Shown: positions 19,986-29,709, numbered from the stretch's first letter. The stretch is 64,000 nucleotides of DNA from Candidatus Heimdallarchaeota archaeon (GCA_020353515.1 CP070695.1:3392050-3456049); one strand, 5' to 3'. Made by a program: numbers and translations. The notes: generated by a model from the sequence alone, not told the origin.

Positions 19986-22709
19986 TCAGCTAGCGCTTTT
20001 TATTGTTGAAATAATCTCTACTTGGTCCTTTTGATTAATATTATATAACTTGAGAACAATAGAATCGATCTCTTTCTTTTTGAATGATAATTTTGAAAGC
20101 TCATTGCAAAGAAATTGAAGCCAATGATTTACTTTTTCCTCTTGCGTTTTCGCTGTAAAATGTGTTAAGATGTCCCCACTAAAACATGCTCTCAGAAATT
20201 GACGTTGTGAATTGTAAGAGATTCCTATTTCCTGGAAGATGACCCAAAGGCTGTTTAAAACTGATGTAATGGACTCTCCAATATCCAAACATTCCCTCAC
20301 AGCTATCTCAACTTGATTAACCATGAGATTATTTGTAAATTGAGTAATATCTATAATAGGAAACTTCTTCAAATCATTTAATCTTATCTGTGGATATCTA
20401 CTAGATTTTTTTCGTGGTTTGCGAATGATGTTAAAATATTCGCCAATCCAATTCCCTAAAGACGAACATAATATTCCTAGAATGAAATAAAGAGAGTAAG
20501 GTGGTTTTGGGTCGTAGATCAAATGCGTATTTCTGAGAGTCAAATATTTTTGTTTATCTAAAGTACCAATGAATCTTGGTGAAGTTTGTCTTAAAATAAT
20601 TTTATCTTTTAAAAACCGCTCTAATTTTCCTGAAATCAAGATAACCTTTTTATTTGTTCTCGAAACGTCTTGGTTTGTTTCCTGTAGTCTTTTCTCATAT
20701 TCTTTGTCAAATCTAACATAAGAGTTTTGTAGTCCATGTGTCCAAAATAGAGTATATGGTCGTGATAGTCCGTTTGAGCCATCAATACATTTATAGAATC
20801 CCTCTTTTGCATCTGATGATAGAAAATGTGTTCTAAGCAAACCTCCGTATTCCAGACCACAAGAAGTAGATGTTATGCTTCCAAGTGGGATTGTTGTATC
20901 ATTTAAATGAGAAAGAAAAGAAATATTTTCTTTGTATCGAAAAATGAAATTGGGTTGTGAGATAAAATATTCCTTTGAAATTTTCTGTGGAACATCGAAA
21001 ATTGTTTCTTGCCAAAGGGTTGGTAAATCATTATGAGTGTTTTGGATTACAATAAGTGATAAATCTACAACCGCTGTTTTTCTATAATTATAGTTTGCTA
21101 AGATAAAACTTATGTGATAATTAAGATGTAAATGTTCCCGAATTTTATCATAAGAAGGTAAATCTAAAAAAGAATGATCAATAACAAAACCCACAACACC
21201 TTTTGGAGCCAAATATTGTTGTAAGCATATTCCTAGGAATATTAAATAAGTATTGTCTCGTTTTCCACTGAATACAGGTATAAATTTTCTCAGAATTTCC
21301 AATTCTTTCTTTGAGGGGGATTTTTTTCTGAAACGACTGTGAAACGCCAGATATGGCGGATTTGAGAGAATTATATCGAACTTTGGAAAGGGTTTCTTAA
21401 TTTTCATGTGTGATATAAACGAACCAATGAAATCTTTCTGTTCTAAACCTAATTCTAATTCTTCATTCTCCCTTTCTAACAAGTAAAATGTATTTAAGAA
21501 AATTTTACATAACGAAACGCTGTTTCTATCGATATCTACACCTTGTATACAAGATTTTAAGACCTGTCGTCTTAAATTGATAAAAGAATCATCCTGGGTA
21601 GTGTTTGATATCATGAAGTTCACTAACTTCTCCATAGCGAACACCAGAAGAATACCACTTCCCATAGCGGGATCAAATACCCTCAAGCTCGTTATTGGTT
21701 TCGTTAAACCTTTCTCTATATAAGTATCAAAAGAACGAGAGATAATTGCCTCAGCTAGAGCAATTGGAGTATAAAATTCACCAAATTCCTGAAGATCACC
21801 ATTGCTTTTCACGTATGGTAGGATCTCTAGAAACAGAATATGTGGGATATCAAGAATCCAGTGATGTTCTATGAAAGAGAAATTCCTGAAAATTTCTTTC
21901 CAAGCTTTGATTTCTGATGGCTCTAGAAAAGATTCTAAGAATCGATCTTCATCTTGGGTAAAGATCTTTTGAATTAGGAATCTGATTCTTAAAAGATCTT
22001 TAAAATGATCAGAAGATGGAGATGATTTTAATTCCTTGGTTATTCTTGTTATCAGTTTTTCTTTTGTTTTTAGAAGAGTAGAAATTAAGTAAAGATAGTA
22101 TGAAATAATTGATTCTGTATTTTCCAAATTGTGTAAGTTTCTATTGAATTCCTTATTAATAAAATTTAATAGTTGAGATTTTTCCTTTTCAAGATGGTTA
22201 TATCTCCATAGATCATCAATAGAATCCAAGATTGAAATATCTGACAATATTGAAGCTAGAAAATATGGAGTAATCCCTTGGAGAATAGGTGACCAAAGTA
22301 AGAACCCATTACTTGATAATGTAAACAAATAAATTGTTTCCTGATTAATTAAACACACCCATTTAATACATTTTGATTGTAAGTTCTTTTTAACTTCCTT
22401 TAAAACTGGTAATCCCTTTTTTTCCATAAATAGATCATGTATAAACATTTTAGGATTATAAATGAAACAGAGATTATGATGTTTCCATATGTTTTCTCCT
22501 AGCGGTTTAATAGTGCTTAAGATCTCTTCAAATCTTTTTTCTCTCACATGTGATATAATTCTTAAGAAAATCCTTTGGTCTGATGTTTCCATTTTTTCCA
22601 AAGTGTTGAGAACTGATTGAATAATAGTAAATTGTTCTGTGTAAGGTAAACAAGGGATTAAAGAAAATGGAATTTGAGTTCTGAAAGAATAATGAAAATT
22701 AGGAGGCAT
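19986..22709 (-). CDS. Eco57I/TaqI-like N6-adenine DNA methyltransferase (type IIG-like architecture); start may be ATG near 22592
   Basis: GEFYTP, VFDPAMGSG, FDIILSNPPY, TaqI_C-like KIILRQT...ILGILCS...YPQIRLNDLKKFPI. Confidence 0.88.
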   Translation of the reverse strand: MPPNFHYSFRTQIPFSLIPCLPYTEQFTIIQSVLNTLEKMETSDQRIFLRIISHVREKRFEEILSTIKPLGENIWKHHNLCFIYNPKMFIHDLFMEKKGLPVLKEVKKNLQSKCIKWVCLINQETIYLFTLSSNGFLLWSPILQGITPYFLASILSDISILDSIDDLWRYNHLEKEKSQLLNFINKEFNRNLHNLENTESIISYYLYLISTLLKTKEKLITRITKELKSSPSSDHFKDLLRIRFLIQKIFTQDEDRFLESFLEPSEIKAWKEIFRNFSFIEHHWILDIPHILFLEILPYVKSNGDLQEFGEFYTPIALAEAIISRSFDTYIEKGLTKPITSLRVFDPAMGSGILLVFAMEKLVNFMISNTTQDDSFINLRRQVLKSCIQGVDIDRNSVSLCKIFLNTFYLLERENEELELGLEQKDFIGSFISHMKIKKPFPKFDIILSNPPYLAFHSRFRKKSPSKKELEILRKFIPVFSGKRDNTYLIFLGICLQQYLAPKGVVGFVIDHSFLDLPSYDKIREHLHLNYHISFILANYNYRKTAVVDLSLIVIQNTHNDLPTLWQETIFDVPQKISKEYFISQPNFIFRYKENISFLSHLNDTTIPLGSITSTSCGLEYGGLLRTHFLSSDAKEGFYKCIDGSNGLSRPYTLFWTHGLQNSYVRFDKEYEKRLQETNQDVSRTNKKVILISGKLERFLKDKIILRQTSPRFIGTLDKQKYLTLRNTHLIYDPKPPYSLYFILGILCSSLGNWIGEYFNIIRKPRKKSSRYPQIRLNDLKKFPIIDITQFTNNLMVNQVEIAVRECLDIGESITSVLNSLWVIFQEIGISYNSQRQFLRACFSGDILTHFTAKTQEEKVNHWLQFLCNELSKLSFKKKEIDSIVLKLYNINQKDQVEIISTIKSAS

Positions 22710-24474
22710 CAGAAACCGCTTTTTCTCTTAGTTCAACCTTCTGAGAGTAGAACTTCCCAGCAAGATTTCTAATTGTCCTATCCTGGTCATATAAGATGAC
22801 TTTCTCTAATGTAGAAATTATTCTCTCAAGCTCAGCGCCTTTATAATCCCCATTTCCTAATTGGTGAACAGCTTCCATTCGTTGTAGCATATTTTCAGAC
22901 GTAGTTGCAATCCGAATTAATTTATTTAGTGAACTCTCTTTTGTTGATTGGAAAGTTACCCCCTCTTTGTCAGGGGAGACTAGGAGCGGGAGCGTGATAG
23001 TAACAGAAGTTCCCTTATTGAAACCAGAGGACGTAATCTCTAAGGATCCACTATGAGCACTTATAATTTCATTAGTAAGGTATAGTCCCAAACCTAACCG
23101 ACTTACAGAGGGATGAAATGTCACAAAGGGTTTCCCAATACCTTTAAGATTTGTTGCATCAATTCCAACACCGTTATCCTCTATAGTGAGTTTAAGGTGT
23201 TGGCCATTATTTATAATTGAAGTATAAACTTCTATGATGCCATGACCTGTAAATCTTATTGCATTTTCTAAAACGTTACTTAATGCTTGGGAAATGCGGT
23301 CTCTATCAAGGTTAACGATGTATGGCGTTGTAGGATAGTGTACGATAAGATCGATTCTATATTTCCTTAACAAAAATTCAAGATCTTCAATTACTTTTTG
23401 TAAAATTGGATTTATGTTCTCTCCACGAAGATTACATTTGAGTTTTCCATGTTGGATCAACGCCACATCGTTAAGATCTTTTGTTAATGAGACCATTTGA
23501 TCGATGTTTCTTCTAAAGATTTCCATAAATCTTGATTCCAACGCTTGTTTCTCTTCGGTACTGACCCCTTTATCAAGTTGTTTACTATAGAAATCTAAGT
23601 ATCCCTTTAAATTAAGAAGAGGTGTTCGAAGCTGGTGTTGAGTCATAGTTAAAAAATCCAGCTTCATATCCTGTAACTCCTTTATGGAAGAAAGATCAAT
23701 AAGGACGCCTTGGATAAAAACATCATTTGTGGAATACGCTCTTCGAACTATGGCATGAACAGGAATACGTGAACCATCGCTGCGTAAGAGATTAAATTCT
23801 GTAGTTTCATCAGGATGATAATATCTATTATGGTTATCCATGTCTTTAGGAACCTTCCCTGTTATCAAATCTCTTTTACTCTGAATTAGAAATCTAGCAA
23901 CCTTCTCTCGATCTTCAGGAGCCACAAAGAAAGTCGGCATACTTTTATTTCGGGTGATTTCTGCCTCTGTATAGTTCAATTTCTCAATAAATGCTTGATT
24001 ATAGTACTCTAAGACTCCATTCTTTAGAATAAAAAGAAAATTCGGATCTCTTTCCATTACAGCCTTGTATTGGGCCTCTGTTGTTGATAATTCGTCAATT
24101 ATTTTTTTTACTTTACCAATGTTCCTTATGACTACAATGTAATAATCCTCATTTAGAGGTGCTATCCTTAATTGTATCCATGTTTGTTTTCCTGTAAATG
24201 TCAGTCCTTTCCATTCACTTTCTCCTGGTAAAATCTTGGAACTAGAAAGCTCAATAAATTTTTGATGATCTGATGGATCCAAAAACGCTAGGAATATATC
24301 TTTGTCAATGCTTTGTTCGTTACTGATATGTAAATCTTCTCTGACTTTCCTATTTGCAAATATTGGTTCGTTATTGTTGTTTTTATCCAGAATAATGATT
24401 CCTGAGGGAATTTGATCGAGAAGATTAGTGAAATTAACGTCAAATGGCTTGCTATTAGATGACAATTGATTCAT
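22699..24474 (-). CDS. Cytoplasmic PAS-PAS histidine kinase with HEAT-like C-terminal extension
   Basis: Two PAS domains; H-box QHQLRTPL; N-box QALSNVLENAIRFT; DNGVGI; GLGLYL; extra helical tail. Confidence 0.92.
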   Translation of the reverse strand: MNQLSSNSKPFDVNFTNLLDQIPSGIIILDKNNNNEPIFANRKVREDLHISNEQSIDKDIFLAFLDPSDHQKFIELSSSKILPGESEWKGLTFTGKQTWIQLRIAPLNEDYYIVVIRNIGKVKKIIDELSTTEAQYKAVMERDPNFLFILKNGVLEYYNQAFIEKLNYTEAEITRNKSMPTFFVAPEDREKVARFLIQSKRDLITGKVPKDMDNHNRYYHPDETTEFNLLRSDGSRIPVHAIVRRAYSTNDVFIQGVLIDLSSIKELQDMKLDFLTMTQHQLRTPLLNLKGYLDFYSKQLDKGVSTEEKQALESRFMEIFRRNIDQMVSLTKDLNDVALIQHGKLKCNLRGENINPILQKVIEDLEFLLRKYRIDLIVHYPTTPYIVNLDRDRISQALSNVLENAIRFTGHGIIEVYTSIINNGQHLKLTIEDNGVGIDATNLKGIGKPFVTFHPSVSRLGLGLYLTNEIISAHSGSLEITSSGFNKGTSVTITLPLLVSPDKEGVTFQSTKESSLNKLIRIATTSENMLQRMEAVHQLGNGDYKGAELERIISTLEKVILYDQDRTIRNLAGKFYSQKVELREKAVSDAS

Positions 24475-24611
24475 TCCTTTTATTTACTCTGTTTCAGAGA
24501 CACCTGATATACTACATATTTTTAACCTAGTATAGACATTTAGTAATAACATAGTTTTTTATGGATTATTGTGGACAAGTATCTATATTGATAAAAGGAA
24601 AGTGAAACGTA

Positions 24612-25235
24612 TTGCTAGAACGTTTGAAAGAGCTTGAAACATCACAGAATTATGCAGAAATGCTTAACGAACTTCGAAAACATGAAAGTATAACAACTCA
24701 AGCTTATGCAAGGATAAGTTCTTTTATTACTAATCCAACCATCTTAGGAATCCTTAAAGCTTTGGAAGAAATGTCTGTTACAGCTACATCATTGTTACGA
24801 CATTGTTCTGATCTCATGGAAGATGAGACGGTTGCCGCTCCTCTCGCAGCAGAAGCAGATGTGTCAAGTACAATCTCCGTTCCTGCGGAAGCCGCGAGAG
24901 ATCGTGACAATATGTTTGGCTTAGATGATTTACAAACTATATTATCAGAAATTTCACCAAAAGAGATTTCAGAGGAGGGTGCAAAAATATCAGCTACATT
25001 TTGGTATATTAAGGGTGGGAAAAACGAATCAATCGAATTAAATCTATCTGAGAGAGAAATCTTTGGGAAAATAATCCTAGATATATTGAAACAGATTGAG
25101 GTTGGATCTGATGAAAAGTTTTCGATTTCTCCACTCGGTTACGAAGCTCTACTTCGACACCAGTTACAAAATTCATTTGGGCAAATCGTAAAGACATATG
25201 GAGAAGAATTTACCTTAATTAAATTGTATACTTGA
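24612..25235 (+). CDS. Hypothetical protein: helical N-domain plus C-terminal UFM1-like beta-grasp domain
   Basis: C-terminal ~84 aa follow the beta-beta-alpha-beta pattern; QNSFGQIVKTYGEEFTLI resembles UFM1 AQTAGNVFLKHGSELRII (recalled). Confidence 0.6.
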   Translation: MLERLKELETSQNYAEMLNELRKHESITTQAYARISSFITNPTILGILKALEEMSVTATSLLRHCSDLMEDETVAAPLAAEADVSSTISVPAEAARDRDNMFGLDDLQTILSEISPKEISEEGAKISATFWYIKGGKNESIELNLSEREIFGKIILDILKQIEVGSDEKFSISPLGYEALLRHQLQNSFGQIVKTYGEEFTLIKLYT

Positions 25236-25313
25236 TTAAATGGTTTCTAAAAATATTCTTAAAAAAATTGAGAAACATAAAATCAAATTATTCTACGAGA
25301 AAAGTTTATATGT

Positions 25314-25625
25314 TTGATTAGATCGAACAATATCACTACACCGGTACTTCATTATATTTACATAATATCAGATAAGAACAAGGTGCCTCTTTTGGAAAAC
25401 AATGATTTTGAAGCAAAGGTTGTATCAGTATCAGCTAAGATAGCCACAAGTATAGTAGAATATATGGATTTACTTATTGAACGTGGATATTATTCATCAC
25501 GCGAGGATATTGTCAGACAATCCATCATTGATCTTTTTATAGACAAATTTGAAATCAGTTTGATAGATCTTGAACCAGATCTTTTCGAATTTCCTTCTAT
25601 GGAAGAACTTGAAGAAACTGAATGA
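25314..25625 (+). CDS. CopG/Arc/MetJ-type ribbon-helix-helix protein (true start probably downstream)
   Basis: VSVSAKI...YMDLLIERGYYSSREDIVRQSI; acidic tail. Confidence 0.8.
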   Translation: MIRSNNITTPVLHYIYIISDKNKVPLLENNDFEAKVVSVSAKIATSIVEYMDLLIERGYYSSREDIVRQSIIDLFIDKFEISLIDLEPDLFEFPSMEELEETE

Positions 25626-25734
25626 TAATCTTTAGAAAGGAATGAAGCGGGGGAGTTCCTGAAACAGACAACATAAGAATTTCAAATGAAAAACAACGCT
25701 CTGAAACCTAATTAATGCTGAGTGATATCATTAA

Positions 25735-26052
25735 ATGCTTGAAATTCATCTCTATGGCACATTAAAGAAAAAATTTGACTCAAACGCTTCGTTTGCAGAG
25801 GATACAATCATTAACCTTCCATACGTCGAAAATGAACGCATACTTCAACTATTAGAACGATTAGATATTCAGCTTAGAGAGTGTGGTGAGATCTTCTGCA
25901 ATGGGATCGTTGCAACAGAAAATACCTTAATCCCTGAAGGAGCACGAATTGGGGTATTTTCAACAGGAATGCACCTATTATGTGGCGGTCAGCATCTTAA
26001 GGGTCATGGATTTATCACGAAGAGTCCAACACAAAAGGATCAATATTATTGA
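25735..26052 (+). CDS. MoaD/ThiS-like beta-grasp protein with C-terminal extension
   Basis: IHLYGTLKK...LLERLDI...IFCNG...GARIGVF, then LLCGG and 20 further residues. Confidence 0.8.
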   Translation: MLEIHLYGTLKKKFDSNASFAEDTIINLPYVENERILQLLERLDIQLRECGEIFCNGIVATENTLIPEGARIGVFSTGMHLLCGGQHLKGHGFITKSPTQKDQYY

Positions 26053-26070
26053 AAGGAAGATTACTCATCC

Positions 26071-26313
26071 ATGATTGTTAAAGTAAAGCTATTTGCAACT
26101 TTAAGGAGCTATGGACCAACAGGTATTAAATTGGGTGAGAGCTTCCCGATTACTCTTGAGGAAGATGCAGTTGTGGCTGTGTTATTGGACAAGTTGAAAA
26201 TTCCAAAAAAGGAAGCTAAATTAATCATGATTAATGGGAATAATAGTGAATTAGGGGATAAATTGATTGAGGGAGACACAATCGCTATTTTCCCGCCAAT
26301 TGGGGGTGGTTAA
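26071..26313 (+). CDS. MoaD/ThiS/SAMP-type sulfur carrier (ubiquitin-like)
   Basis: VKVKLFATLR...INGN...LIEGDTIAIFPPIGGG with terminal Gly-Gly. Confidence 0.93.
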   Translation: MIVKVKLFATLRSYGPTGIKLGESFPITLEEDAVVAVLLDKLKIPKKEAKLIMINGNNSELGDKLIEGDTIAIFPPIGGG

Positions 26314-26438
26314 TCTCTCTAATATTACCTGAAATCCTTTCTCACACAGTGTTGAAGAGATACCAAATAACCTTAAACTAGAAGAATATTAAGGAGAAAA
26401 GTTAATTAGCTTGTATTTTGAAATAGAGAGATAATGTC

Positions 26439-27026
26439 TTGAGCTTAATAACCAGAATCGCAGAACCTATCAGAAATTATAGGGCGAATAAGATTCTAAA
26501 TATTATAAAACTCTTCATTGAACCAGGAGACTTAATATTAAGCGTAGGGGATGGGGATGGATATGTTTCACGGCGAATCCAAGAAAAATCTAATGCCCAG
26601 GTCCAAGGAATAGATATTTTGCATTTTAAAGAATATCGGGTTCAAGGAATTCCTCTTGTTATTTATGATGGAAAGGAAATTCCATTTGCAGACAATTCTT
26701 TTGATATTAGTGCTGGGGTCTTTTTATTGCACCATTGTCAAAATCTGGAATTGACTCTCCAAGAAATGATCCGTGTGAGCAAAAAGAAGATAATTATTTT
26801 TGAAGATGTTTTTAATAATCGTTTAGAGCATTATTTTCTCCGTTTTTTTGATACTATTGAAAATCGAACTTTCTCGACAGAAATGCCAATCCCGTATAAT
26901 TTCCAAACACTCTCACAATGGAAAGAAACTTTCAAAAGATTTGATCTAAAGCTTATATATACAGTACAATTCCGAGCGCTGCCCCTTCCTGTTCGTAATC
27001 AAGCATTTTACTTAGTTAAAAACTGA
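26439..27026 (+). CDS. Class I SAM-dependent methyltransferase
   Basis: ILSVGDGDG, GIDI, IPFADNSFD, LHH, EMIRVSK. Confidence 0.9.
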   Translation: MSLITRIAEPIRNYRANKILNIIKLFIEPGDLILSVGDGDGYVSRRIQEKSNAQVQGIDILHFKEYRVQGIPLVIYDGKEIPFADNSFDISAGVFLLHHCQNLELTLQEMIRVSKKKIIIFEDVFNNRLEHYFLRFFDTIENRTFSTEMPIPYNFQTLSQWKETFKRFDLKLIYTVQFRALPLPVRNQAFYLVKN

Positions 27027-27042
27027 ATAGTATAATCATCAT

Positions 27043-27708
27043 TCACAATTTATTCAATATCTGATCTATATTTGTTAGTAAATCATTTGGAGTTTCCATT
27101 GGAATTTGTACTAATTCCAATAACGTTTCTCTGAATCGTGTTACAAACTCCCTATTTGTATCATCTGATGAAAATTCATCGACAACTTTTTGAATATTAG
27201 ATGGTCTCTTTTCATACTGATTTACCTTTTCTGAGAATATGTTCATGATTAGTGTGGCTGTTAAATGTGAGAATTTTTGACCAATTTTATCATGCATAAT
27301 AAGAAGGTTGGGTTTACTTGTTAATGAATCGAAGTTCATAAACATGTTTATTTTTTTAGCAGTGATTTCATCGGCTTTGTGTAAAAGAACGCGGTATAAG
27401 TTCATCTCATCCGAACTGATTGTGCCATCAGCTTCAGCTCGTTTGTATGTATTTGATACTATTTCCTTTAAGATTCGTCTCTGTTTTAATAATAAGATTT
27501 GAACTTCATTTCTAGAGAAGGGGTGGTCTTTATCTAATTTGGGGATTCTTTCAGAATGTATGGATAAATCGTGTTCTATCCCGGCAATTAACACCTGTTC
27601 TTCTGGTGTGATTGTTAAGTCTTTCAGAGCTTCCTGAAGTACCTCTCTCATGATTTCCTCAGATGGCATTCTTAGGAGGTAGGAAATTTCATCTTCCATA
27701 CAAAACAT
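27043..27708 (-). CDS. Hypothetical protein with two TerB-like helical repeats
   Basis: ALKDLTITPEEQVLI and AEADGTISSDEMNLY. Confidence 0.55.
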   Translation of the reverse strand: MFCMEDEISYLLRMPSEEIMREVLQEALKDLTITPEEQVLIAGIEHDLSIHSERIPKLDKDHPFSRNEVQILLLKQRRILKEIVSNTYKRAEADGTISSDEMNLYRVLLHKADEITAKKINMFMNFDSLTSKPNLLIMHDKIGQKFSHLTATLIMNIFSEKVNQYEKRPSNIQKVVDEFSSDDTNREFVTRFRETLLELVQIPMETPNDLLTNIDQILNKL

Positions 27709-27897
27709 TTCCTGACATTTATAGACATTAGAGGTTTTTTTTCACGGTAACAGATCATTTAAAGGCTAGAATGTTAGTTTAGGTAAAATCATACATAAGG
27801 TTTTTAACAACTCGTGTGTAGTACCTTGGACAATCTGTCGAGGCGGTGGATGTAGAATCCTCGAATGGAGAGAACTACCGTGTAACGTGTGTGTTTA

Positions 27898-29709
27898 ATG
27901 ATGAATAAAATTCTGAGAGTAAATATGAAAACTCTGGAACATTCCTATGAAGATGTCCCAGAAGAATATAAAACATTAGGAGGAAGGGCACTTACAACCA
28001 AAATAATTTTTGATGAAGTTGATCCAAATTGCGATCCACTTGGACCTAGCAATAAAATCGTGGTTGCTCCAGGATTGCTTGCTGGTACAAATGCTCCGTC
28101 TTCGGGTCGCTTAAGTGTTGGAGGAAAATCACCTCTGACTAAAGGTATCAAAGAGGCAAATGCGGGTGGTTTAACAGCTCAAAAACTTGGTCGCTTGGGT
28201 ATTAAAGCCCTAGTAATTGAAGACCACCCTACTGGTGATAATTGGTACAATATTGTGATCTCAAAAGACAAATGTGAAATTGTTGAAGCAGGTAAGTATG
28301 CTGGTATGGGTCTTTACGAATTAACCACCAAAGTCTGGGAAGAGTATCCTAATAAACCTGGTATAATGGGTTGCGGAATTACTGGCCAGAAACAGATGAT
28401 AGGCGCAGGAATTTTTGGAAACAATGTTGAGAACACTGATCCTGGACGATATGCTGGAAGAGGAGGTTTAGGTGCGGTTTTAGGAGCAAAAAAGGTCATT
28501 GCTATTATTACTGATGATACAGGGACAGAAAGGCTTCAGCCAGTAAATCAAGAATTATTTGACACTGGGGGCAAAAAATTACGAGACGCCTTGAATGAGC
28601 ACGCTGTAACGGGGATTCTCGAAAAAGCTGATCCTGAGACAGGTGAAATGAAACCATATGGTGCTCTGAAAAATTATGGCACAAATGTGCTCCAGAACAT
28701 TATCAATGAAGCTGGTGCGTTACCTACTCGTAATTGGACTAACGGTCGCTTTGAAGGCGCCTCGAAAATATCAGGAGAAGCTGTGCATGAATTCATTGAT
28801 AAAGTAAAAGAGAAGTTCCCTGACTCTACAGCTACATATAATCATGCTTGCCATCCTGGTTGTATTATGCGTTGTTCTAATATCGTTCCCTATGAAGATA
28901 CAGGTAAACACCAAGTTGGTTGCCTTGAATATGAATCTGTTTGGGCATTAGGTACAAACTGTGGAATCGACGATCTTTACTATGTTGCTGAACTCAATCG
29001 TGTATGTAATGACCTAGGACTTGATACAATCGAAGCAGGGAATACTATTGCTGTAGCAATGGAAGGCAAAGTTGAGGTTGATGGGAAAAAGCTCGATTTT
29101 GGTGATGGAGCTCTTGCAGTTGAATTACTCAAGAAAGTTGCCACTGATACAGAGCTCGGCAAAGCAGTTGGTGATGGTGCTCTTGCAATGGGAAAGTATG
29201 CTAAAGTTTCCCGAGTTGCCCATGTGAAAGGCCAATCGTTACCTGCTTATGATCCTCGTCCCATTAAAGGGATTGGGGTCACATATGCAACGGGTCCTCA
29301 AGGTGGTTGTCACACCCAAGGATACACAATCGCTCCTGAAATCTTACAAATCGGTGGTAAACCAGACAGAGTAGATGTAAAGAAAGCTGAATTGTCCCGT
29401 GCTTTCCAGCATACAACTGCATATATTGACGCAACTGGATATTGTCTATTCATAGCTTTTGCTATTCTCGATATTGAGTCTGGCCTTAATGGTATGGTTG
29501 AATCGATCAATGGATTCCTTGGTACAGAGATTGATGTAGGAAAATATGGCGCAGAAATCATTCGTCAAGAACGAGAATTCAATAAAAAAGCTGGAATGAC
29601 AAACAAGGATGATCGCTTACCTGAATTCTTTTACAAGGAACCCTTACCCCCACATAATGTTGTCTTTGATGTTCCTGACGAAGAATTAGACAAAGTACAT
29701 CAAGAGTAA
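27898..29709 (+). CDS. aor: Tungsten-containing aldehyde:ferredoxin oxidoreductase
   Basis: LGGRAL, KSPLTKGIKEANAGG, AGRGGLGAV, CHPGCIMRC, EYES, DLGLDTIE, PAYDPR. Confidence 0.95.
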   Translation: MMNKILRVNMKTLEHSYEDVPEEYKTLGGRALTTKIIFDEVDPNCDPLGPSNKIVVAPGLLAGTNAPSSGRLSVGGKSPLTKGIKEANAGGLTAQKLGRLGIKALVIEDHPTGDNWYNIVISKDKCEIVEAGKYAGMGLYELTTKVWEEYPNKPGIMGCGITGQKQMIGAGIFGNNVENTDPGRYAGRGGLGAVLGAKKVIAIITDDTGTERLQPVNQELFDTGGKKLRDALNEHAVTGILEKADPETGEMKPYGALKNYGTNVLQNIINEAGALPTRNWTNGRFEGASKISGEAVHEFIDKVKEKFPDSTATYNHACHPGCIMRCSNIVPYEDTGKHQVGCLEYESVWALGTNCGIDDLYYVAELNRVCNDLGLDTIEAGNTIAVAMEGKVEVDGKKLDFGDGALAVELLKKVATDTELGKAVGDGALAMGKYAKVSRVAHVKGQSLPAYDPRPIKGIGVTYATGPQGGCHTQGYTIAPEILQIGGKPDRVDVKKAELSRAFQHTTAYIDATGYCLFIAFAILDIESGLNGMVESINGFLGTEIDVGKYGAEIIRQEREFNKKAGMTNKDDRLPEFFYKEPLPPHNVVFDVPDEELDKVHQE

